Of a stretch of DNA of 64,000 nucleotides, positions 57,162-64,000 are shown piece after piece. How positions within the stretch are numbered: the first letter of the stretch is position 1; each line of letters opens with the position of its first letter. A program made the translations under genes and the position numbers. The notes beneath the pieces are model-generated. The model saw nothing but the letters and a program-made list of their open reading frames with translations, made no database searches and was not told the DNA's origin. Origin of the DNA: Candidatus Multivoradales bacterium (GTDB lineage: Bacteria; Acidobacteriota; Thermoanaerobaculia; Multivoradales; Multivoraceae); contig CBDCWI010000001.1 in the NCBI GenBank assembly GCA_965223325.1, positions 896,001 to 960,000 on the forward strand, read 5' to 3'.

Positions 57162-58714
57162 GCCGAACGCCTCCCCTCGTAGCCGCGAAACGCCGCCGCC
57201 AGAATCTCCTCGCGTGACCACGCCGAGCGCTCGAAACGCTGGATGAGCTGGCCGTTCGACATCACCAGAATCGCATCGCAGGTTGCCATCAACTCGTCCA
57301 GGTCGCTGGAGACGATCAACAAGGCCTTCCCGTCTTCGGCCAGGTCTTCGAACAAGCCATAGATCAAGAGGCGGGCTGCGACATCGATACCGCGGGTCGG
57401 TTCGTCGAAAAGGAGAACCTGGTCACCGCGCGCCAACCACTTGGCCAGGACAACCTTCTGCTGGTTGCCGCCGGAAAGCTCGACGGCCGGTTGGTCGATG
57501 CTCTGGCAGCGCAAGTCGAGTGCCCGGCGTTGTGCCTCGACCTGCTGGCGTTCACGCCGCTCGTCGAGCCACCCGCGGCGCCGCGGCACATCGGCGAGGG
57601 TTGCCGAGAACAAGAGCGGGCGTTCGAGCAGGAGACCGTCTGCCTTACGGTCTTCGGTCACCATCGCGATGCCCCGTAGAACCGCGTCGCTCGGGTGCCT
57701 GAAGCTCGGTTCCAGTTCCGGGAGTTGGCCATCGACTGCCACTGCCAGCGAACCACTCGCGGCACGATCGGCGCCGAAGATGGCGCGCAAGAGCTCGGTG
57801 CGCCCCGAACCCACCAGACCAGCGACACCCAACCGCTCGCCGCAACACAGATCGAAACTCACATCCTGGACCAGCGGGCCACAACAGAGCCCCTCGACCC
57901 GAAGCGCAACCTCGTCCCGGCACCAACTCCGAAACACTGCCGCCTCTCGAGCCACTTCACCGGTTAGAAGCGACACCATGGTCTGGTTCGCAGTCTGCGC
58001 CGTTTCACGGGTCGTAACCTTGCTCCCGTCTCGGAGAACGGTGATTCGATCGGTCAGTTCACGAAGCTCATCGAGGCGGTGGGTCACGAAGAGAGTGGCG
58101 ACTCCATCCTCCCGCAGCACCGAGAGCTGGGCGAACAAGACCTCGACCTCACGCGCGCTGAGTGCCGCGGTGGGTTCGTCGAGAATGAGCACCCGGCATT
58201 CGCGCACCAAAGCGGCCGCGATTTCGACCAGTTGTTGCTGGCCGACGCCGAGCTCCCCTACCGGAAGAGCCGGATCGATCGTCGCTTGACCGACAGCCTC
58301 GAGTGCCGACGCAGACTCGCGGTGGAGGCGACCGGAGTCGATCCACCCCATTCGATGCGGTAGCTGGTTGAGGAAGAGGTTCTCGGCAACCGACAGCGTC
58401 GGAACCAGGTTGAGCTCCTGCTGAACGATCTGCACACCCCGCGCCTCGGCGTCGCGCTTCCCGGTCGGCGCGTAGGTCTCGTCGCCGAGCGTCATCCGGC
58501 CGGCGCTCGGCGGCAAGAGACCGGCGAGGATTCTGCACAGAGTGCTCTTGCCAGCGCCGTTGGCTCCCACGAGTCCGTGGATCTCGCCGGCGGCGAGGTC
58601 AAAGTCGACCTCCGAGAGGACGCGGACGTTGTAGTCCTTCGATAGCCCGTGGGTGGCCAACACCGTTTCGTTTGCCGAAGCAGGTGGGGAGTGCCCACCC
58701 CCGGGCGTTGTCAT
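57158..58714 (-). CDS. rbsA: Ribose-type sugar ABC transporter ATP-binding protein (two ABC domains)
   Basis: GANGAGKST, LILDEPT, GLVGSGRTEL, LSGGNQQKV, DEPTRGIDV. Confidence 0.88.
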   Translation of the reverse strand: MTTPGGGHSPPASANETVLATHGLSKDYNVRVLSEVDFDLAAGEIHGLVGANGAGKSTLCRILAGLLPPSAGRMTLGDETYAPTGKRDAEARGVQIVQQELNLVPTLSVAENLFLNQLPHRMGWIDSGRLHRESASALEAVGQATIDPALPVGELGVGQQQLVEIAAALVRECRVLILDEPTAALSAREVEVLFAQLSVLREDGVATLFVTHRLDELRELTDRITVLRDGSKVTTRETAQTANQTMVSLLTGEVAREAAVFRSWCRDEVALRVEGLCCGPLVQDVSFDLCCGERLGVAGLVGSGRTELLRAIFGADRAASGSLAVAVDGQLPELEPSFRHPSDAVLRGIAMVTEDRKADGLLLERPLLFSATLADVPRRRGWLDERRERQQVEAQRRALDLRCQSIDQPAVELSGGNQQKVVLAKWLARGDQVLLFDEPTRGIDVAARLLIYGLFEDLAEDGKALLIVSSDLDELMATCDAILVMSNGQLIQRFERSAWSREEILAAAFRGYEGRRSA

Positions 58715-58721
58715 CAGGTGA

Positions 58722-59672
58722 TCACTCGAGGTCGGCGGCGGTGATCAAGTCGACCGCGGTCTCGAGGTCTTCGACTTTGCGCTCCGGGTCGGCCAGCAAC
58801 TCGAGGGCGAACTCGATGCCGAAGACTGCGAGGCGGTCGGCATGTTGATCGGCAGTCGCCAGAATCCGGCCTTCCCGAATCGCCTCTTGAACCGCCGAGA
58901 TGTTGTCGAACCCGACGATCAGCACCTCCCCCTCGCGCCCCGCCGCGCGCACCGCGGCCAGAGCGCCGAGTGCCATGTTGTCGTTGCAGGCGAGGATTGC
59001 CGTGGCGCTCGGGTGCTCGGCCAGCATCGAACTGGCGATGGTGTCTGCCTGGGTCATCTCCCATTGCGCCGACTGCGAATCCACCACCTGCGCCCCGACC
59101 TCGGCCATCGCTTCTTCGAACCCGAGCTTGCGCTCCCTGGCATTGAACGACGTGCGCACGCCTTCGAGAATGAGCACCTCGTCGCCGGCTTCGAGTTTGC
59201 CGGCCAGGAAGGCGCCCACGGCGCGCGCTCCGGCGCGATTGTCGGGCCCGACGAAGGCAACCTCGATACCCTCCTCGTCGAGGACCTCCCGGTCCAAGCG
59301 GTTGTCGATATTGACCACCACGATGCCCTCCTCGATCGCCCGCCGAAGGACCGGCGTCAGCGCCTTCGAGTCCGCCGGCGCAATCACGATGGCGTCAACA
59401 CCCGCGGCGATCATCTCGTCGACCAGAGCCACCTGACGACTCAGATCACGCTCGTCTTCGATGCCGTTGGTCACCAACTCGTATTGATCGCTGTGGGCAC
59501 GCTGATGCTCGCGGGCGCCGTCGGCCATGGTGGCGAAGAACTCGTTGGCGAGTGACTTCATGATCAGTGCGACCCGTGGCCGATCAGGTTCGGTGGCCAC
59601 ATCGTCCGCTGCACCGCAACTGGCAAGCGACACCGAAATGACCAAGAGCACCAGCAGCCGACCAGGACTCAT
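58722..59672 (-). CDS. rbsB: Ribose-type sugar ABC transporter substrate-binding lipoprotein
   Basis: Lipobox LASC, KSLANEFF, VGPDN, CNDNMALGA, VGFD, ATADQ. Confidence 0.82.
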   Translation of the reverse strand: MSPGRLLVLLVISVSLASCGAADDVATEPDRPRVALIMKSLANEFFATMADGAREHQRAHSDQYELVTNGIEDERDLSRQVALVDEMIAAGVDAIVIAPADSKALTPVLRRAIEEGIVVVNIDNRLDREVLDEEGIEVAFVGPDNRAGARAVGAFLAGKLEAGDEVLILEGVRTSFNARERKLGFEEAMAEVGAQVVDSQSAQWEMTQADTIASSMLAEHPSATAILACNDNMALGALAAVRAAGREGEVLIVGFDNISAVQEAIREGRILATADQHADRLAVFGIEFALELLADPERKVEDLETAVDLITAADLE

Positions 59673-59882
59673 GGCTCTGAACGCTCGAGTGCAAACCGCA
59701 CCGCCCCGAACCTCCTTCGACGAAGCATGAAGGATTCCCTCCCGGCCCCTCAGGTGGGGGTCCCAAAAGCCCCGGAGCCGCGGCCTGGAATCGAGCATGA
59801 AGTGACCTCTGAGTTGTTGCGAGCAGACGTGCGGCGACGTTACCGCATCGCCCCTCGCGACCTCAGACCTCCAGTGCTTGAC

Positions 59883-60779
59883 CTATTGTTCATCCTCGAG
59901 CACCAGCCGAACGTCGACGGGCTGACCGTCCCAACGCGCCGGCTCGAAGCGCCACTGCCGGACGGCTTCGGAAGCCTCGGGGCCACTCCCCTGCCAGGTC
60001 AACGCGCAAGGGACCGCACCGCTCTCGTCGATCACCGCCAGGACAAGGACTGGCCGCCTGCGCTCGCCTCGCGTTGCCTCCCCGGAGGGTCGTCTCCTCT
60101 GCGGTGCTTCGAGCTGGGCGTCGACGGGCTTCCAGGTGGCGAGTTCTCCACCGGCTGGCCCATGGGCAGGCGCGAGCAGGCAACGCTGGTTCTCGAGCGC
60201 CAAGCGTGCGCCGTCGCCGAGTTTCGAAGCGTCGATCCCCCCGTTGACCCGGCGGGCTTCGTCCAACGCTCCGCCGAGCAGATGAGCCCGGGCGAGAGCG
60301 AGCTCTGCCAAGCCGGCATCGGGGTCGAGCGCGAGCGACGTCTCGAGGTCGGCAACGGCTCTCTGCACAGAGTCCGCGCGCTTCGAGGCATCAGCAAGAG
60401 ACCTCGACACCGCATCGTCGAGCCGAGCCTCGGCGAGTCGGCGAAAGGCCACCGCCGCGGCACTGGCGTCGATCTCCGCTGCCTCGAGGGTGTGCGCCCA
60501 TTCGGCCGCACGCGCCAGGCGGTGGTCCGCGAGGGCGGCCACGACACAGCCGAGAGCGGCGGTGCTGGCCTGGCGATTCGAGAGGCGCCAGGCCCTTTCG
60601 AACTGCCGCAGCGCGCGACTGGCGCGCCCCTTCTCGAGTGAACGTTCGGCCTTGCCGATGAGCGCCGCGACATCTGAGGCCCTGAACTCCTCGGCGGCCT
60701 CGGCGCACCGCGGAAAAGAGCCCGCGCCCAGCCCGAGCAGGAGCGCGAGCGGCAGGGTTACCCAGGTCATCTTTCTCAT
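59883..60779 (-). CDS. TPR-like repeats + C-terminal TonB_C-like domain protein
   Basis: Signal/anchor, Ala-rich TPR-like helices, C-terminal VLAVIDESGAV..ASEAVRQWRFEPARWDGQPVDV. Confidence 0.68.
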   Translation of the reverse strand: MRKMTWVTLPLALLLGLGAGSFPRCAEAAEEFRASDVAALIGKAERSLEKGRASRALRQFERAWRLSNRQASTAALGCVVAALADHRLARAAEWAHTLEAAEIDASAAAVAFRRLAEARLDDAVSRSLADASKRADSVQRAVADLETSLALDPDAGLAELALARAHLLGGALDEARRVNGGIDASKLGDGARLALENQRCLLAPAHGPAGGELATWKPVDAQLEAPQRRRPSGEATRGERRRPVLVLAVIDESGAVPCALTWQGSGPEASEAVRQWRFEPARWDGQPVDVRLVLEDEQ

Positions 60780-60888
60780 CAGCGTGGCGCCTCCTCTTGT
60801 GCCGCAGGCCAGTTCGCTCGAGCGCTCAAGGCGGCCAAGGTCCAGGGTGATTCTATGCCGCGCCCTTTTCTCAGCAGCCGCTAGCGCC

Positions 60889-61923
60889 TCAGGCAGGACA
60901 CATGCGAACGAGGTCGCAACAGAAGGCGACGACCTGCTCTTCGGCCCAGTGGCGCGTTCGCCAGGGCGATCCCAGAACGAAGCCGACGTGACCACCGTGG
61001 TCCGTGAAGGCTGGAACGAGCACTGGCTGGTTCGCGATGAGCTCCACCGGGTGCGTGCTGGCGGGGTTGAACGGGTCGTCGCGCGCCGCGACGAGAAGTG
61101 TTGGGCGGTCGATGCCGGCGAGGAAGTTCACCGAGCCGCACGTTCGCCAGTAGTCCCACGCATCGTCGAAGCCGTGTAGAACTGCGGTCGCGTGGTTGTC
61201 GAAGTCTTCGATGGTGCGCACCGCGTGCAGCAGCTCCCTGTCGAGAAGATCGGGAAACTGATCCGCCTTGGCCAGGGCCTTGGGAACCAGGGTGCGAAGG
61301 AACCGCCGCGCATAAATGCCGAAAAACGCCCGGTCGATGACCGGGCCCGAGACCTCGAGATCGAACGGTGGCGAAGTGACCGCTGCTCCTTGGACCTCTC
61401 GTGGCACCCCCCGCCCAGCGGGCGCGCCGTTTTCGCCTAGCCATTTGAGCAGCACGTTCGCGCCCAGCGAAACGCCGGTGATCACGATCGGGCGGCGTGG
61501 TGCCTCGGCAGCCAGGGTCCGCACGATGAGATCGAGGTCGGTGGTTTCACCCGAGTGATAGAGGCGCGGCGCTTTTGTCGGCCGACCATCGCAGGAGCGA
61601 AACATCAAAATCGCGACGTCGAAGCCAGAGTCCAGCAGCTTCCGGGCCGTGCCGGCGAGGTAGTTCGAGCTGAGCGTTGCCTCGAGACCATGCAGCAGCA
61701 GAGCGAGGGGGGCGGGCGGTGCGTGCGCGGTTGGCCCAGTCTCGAAGGCTCGATAGAGCGACAGCTCATCACCATCGGGAGTACTCACAGCCTGGCGGTG
61801 GAGCGCGAGCGGCTCCTGCCTACGAAAGAGCGGGCTCCAGATGGTCTGCAGGTTCGCCTCGCGGAGCCATAGGGGCGGCCGAAACGGCGACCGGCGAAAG
61901 CGATCTTCGGCGCATGCGATCAC
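60889..61923 (-). CDS. YheT-family alpha/beta hydrolase
   Basis: FRPPLWLREANLQTI, LHGLE, RLYHSGETTDL, GVSLGAN, DDPF, GGHVGF. Start is approximate. Confidence 0.88.
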   Translation of the reverse strand: MIACAEDRFRRSPFRPPLWLREANLQTIWSPLFRRQEPLALHRQAVSTPDGDELSLYRAFETGPTAHAPPAPLALLLHGLEATLSSNYLAGTARKLLDSGFDVAILMFRSCDGRPTKAPRLYHSGETTDLDLIVRTLAAEAPRRPIVITGVSLGANVLLKWLGENGAPAGRGVPREVQGAAVTSPPFDLEVSGPVIDRAFFGIYARRFLRTLVPKALAKADQFPDLLDRELLHAVRTIEDFDNHATAVLHGFDDAWDYWRTCGSVNFLAGIDRPTLLVAARDDPFNPASTHPVELIANQPVLVPAFTDHGGHVGFVLGSPWRTRHWAEEQVVAFCCDLVRMCPA

Positions 61924-61954
61924 CTCGGCGGGCGACAGGACGCCGGCTGGGGTC

Positions 61955-63241
61955 TCAGCTGTCGAGGGCGCGTTCGAGATCACGGATGAGATCGTCTGTC
62001 GTTTCGAGACCGATCGACAGCCGCACGACCTCATCTCCAGCCCCGGCCAAACGACGTTGCTCTTCGCTGAGCTGACGATGGGTCGTCGAGGCCGGATGGA
62101 GGATGAGCGAGCGCGAGTCGCCGACGTTGGCAAGGTGCGAGAACAGCTCGCAGTTCTCGACACAGGAGAGGCCTCGCTCGTAGCCGCCGGCGACACCGAT
62201 GGTGAACACCGAACCGGCTCCCTTCGGCATGTACTTGAGCGCGCGCTGATGATGGGGACTCGACGCCAGACCGGCGTAGGAAACCCACTCGACGCTCGGG
62301 TGCTCCTCCAACCACGACGCGACGCGCAGTGCGTTCTCGCAGTGCCGCTCCATGCGCAGCGCCAGGGTTTCGGTCCCCAGCAGCGTCTGGAAGGCATTCA
62401 TCGGCGCCTGGGTCGCACCGAGGTCACGGAGACCGACAGCGTGCGCCCAGACAGTGAAGGCGAGATCGCCGAAGGTCTCGTAGAACGACAGACCGTGATA
62501 CGCCTCCTCGGGCTCGGCGAGCGCCGGGAACCCGTTGCCCGCCCAATCGAAGAGGCCACTATCGACGACTGCCCCACCCATCGCCGAACCGTTGCCGGTC
62601 AGGAACTTGGTCGTCGAGTGGACGACGAGATCGGCACCCCACTCGATCGGCCGGCAGAGGTAAGGCGTCGCCAGGGTGTTGTCGACAATCAGGGGAACGC
62701 CGTGTGCTCGCGCAAGGTCGGCAAGTGGTTCCAGGTCACTGATGACGCCGCCCGGGTTGGCAATGCTCTCAACGAACAGCGCCTTCGTGCGTGGCCCCAT
62801 GGCGGCCTCGGTGGCCGTGAGGTCGGCGGTATCGACGAAATCCACCTGCCAGTCGAACTTCTTGAAGGTCTTGGCGAACTGGGTGATCGATCCACCGTAG
62901 AGCCGGTTGGAGGCAACGAAGCGGTCGCCGGGCTCGAGGAGAGCGAAGAACGCGAGCACTTGTGCGGCATGCCCGGTGGCGGTGCAGGCAGCGCCGCGGC
63001 CACCCTCTAGACTCGCCAGGCGCTCCTCGAGGGCAGCCACGGTCGGGTTCGACAACCGTGAGTAGACAAAGCCGAAGGTCTGGAGGTTGAACAGCGACGC
63101 AGCGTGGTCGGCGTTCTCGAACACGTACGAGGCGTTCTGGAACACCGGCACCTGGCGCGCGCCGGTAACCGGCTCGGGTGGCGCCCCGGCATGCACCATG
63201 CGGGTTTCGAACCCGTAGGGCTCATCACGCTTGCGCCTCAC
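61955..63241 (-). CDS. metY: O-acetylhomoserine aminocarboxypropyltransferase/sulfhydrylase
   Basis: FETRMVHAG, YSRLSNPT, VDNTLATP, HSTTKF (PLP Lys), HLANVGD..HPASTTHRQL, RLSIGLE. Confidence 0.92.
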   Translation of the reverse strand: MRRKRDEPYGFETRMVHAGAPPEPVTGARQVPVFQNASYVFENADHAASLFNLQTFGFVYSRLSNPTVAALEERLASLEGGRGAACTATGHAAQVLAFFALLEPGDRFVASNRLYGGSITQFAKTFKKFDWQVDFVDTADLTATEAAMGPRTKALFVESIANPGGVISDLEPLADLARAHGVPLIVDNTLATPYLCRPIEWGADLVVHSTTKFLTGNGSAMGGAVVDSGLFDWAGNGFPALAEPEEAYHGLSFYETFGDLAFTVWAHAVGLRDLGATQAPMNAFQTLLGTETLALRMERHCENALRVASWLEEHPSVEWVSYAGLASSPHHQRALKYMPKGAGSVFTIGVAGGYERGLSCVENCELFSHLANVGDSRSLILHPASTTHRQLSEEQRRLAGAGDEVVRLSIGLETTDDLIRDLERALDS

Positions 63242-63750
63242 CGTCCGCCGTCTCCGCGCGCTCCGCGTCGACTGGTGATGACGCCGGTATTGACCCCCTG
63301 CCAGGCGAGCTCACGGTAGAGCCGGCCGAACTCGATCTTCGGACAACGGTCCATGACCACCTCGAGACCGGCTGCCAGGGCACGCTCGGCGGCTTCGGGG
63401 TTGATCACCCCGAGCTGCATCCAGACGACTTCGATGCCCTTGTCTTCGGCGAGTGAAATCGCTTCGTCGGTGATGCCGCCGGCCGCCTCCGAATTCCGGA
63501 AGATGTCGACCATCTCGAACGGGCCGGGTGCTTCTCCAAGCGATGCGTAGGCAGCCTCACCGAGAATCTCCTCACCCGCCGCCGCGACCTTGGGGTTGAT
63601 CGGGATCACCCGGTAGCCCTTCTCCTGCAGGTACTTCATCGCAAAGTTGGAGGGACGCTTCCAGTTGGCACTCGCACCCACCATCGCGATGGTGCGCACA
63701 CGCTCGAGAATGCGACGGATCGCGGCGTCGTCGGGTGGCCTCCAGCTCAT
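63238..63750 (-). CDS. CoA-binding protein (YccU-like)
   Basis: IAMVGAS..RPS, VIPINP, VDIFRNSE, WMQLGV, MDRCPKIE. Coupled to metY. Confidence 0.9.
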   Translation of the reverse strand: MSWRPPDDAAIRRILERVRTIAMVGASANWKRPSNFAMKYLQEKGYRVIPINPKVAAAGEEILGEAAYASLGEAPGPFEMVDIFRNSEAAGGITDEAISLAEDKGIEVVWMQLGVINPEAAERALAAGLEVVMDRCPKIEFGRLYRELAWQGVNTGVITSRRGARGDGGR

Positions 63751-63783
63751 GGCACCAGGAAAGGCGAAGCGGTACCGGAACGC

Positions 63784-63999
63784 TCAGAAGAGCATCGCGC
63801 CGCGCGGAGGGCTGGCCATCGATCGCAGACTGCGGGCGCGAATCAACTTCGACTGCTGGGAGCCCAGGACGCGTTGCACTTCGTGTTTGGCCACCAGGTC
63901 CAGGCCAACGGTACGCACGTACCAGGGGAGCGAACCCAACCTGGCGACGCGGTCGGCGCGGACTCGCAGGCGGACCTCTTCTTCGAGCTGGGTGAAGCT
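63784..63999 (-). CDS. 3' part of a small hypothetical protein (DUF6958-like), truncated by the window end
   Basis: Hand translation: SFTQLEEEVR..LGSLPWYVRTVGLDLVAKHEVQRVLGS..MLF*; not in the ORF track. Confidence 0.5.
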   Translation of the reverse strand, partial: SFTQLEEEVRLRVRADRVARLGSLPWYVRTVGLDLVAKHEVQRVLGSQQSKLIRARSLRSMASPPRGAMLF

Positions 64000-64000
64000 G

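Overview
GC-rich bacterial DNA, gene-dense and mostly metabolic, transport and envelope genes. It is probably from Acidobacteriota (Thermoanaerobaculia-like). This is an inference from two Acidobacteria-type VWA proteins, a 'FWFF..NxELxxKVLDxC' C-terminal domain and a C-terminal 'ADGFExG..xAW' tag. About 47 intact or partial CDSs and one asnB pseudogene are supported. No rRNA, tRNA or CRISPR array was seen. The main mobile feature is an HUH/Y1 REP-associated transposase (RAYT-like) flanked by five outward-pointing palindromic repeats. The best candidates for undescribed systems are: (1) an ECF sigma factor, a small one-TM anti-sigma and a secreted protein made only of five secretin-N0/STN repeats with no barrel; (2) a RavA/MoxR-like AAA+ ATPase plus an AAA-VWA fusion, both with non-canonical Walker B motifs; (3) a membrane Ser/Thr kinase-TPR receptor convergent with two paralogous Cys-containing secreted proteins ending in 'CGDPVIIIRD'; (4) a Tat-exported GGT-family enzyme with Ser at the catalytic Thr position; (5) a roughly 300-nt intergenic run of stem-loops. 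All calls come from motif recognition by eye; no database searches were run.
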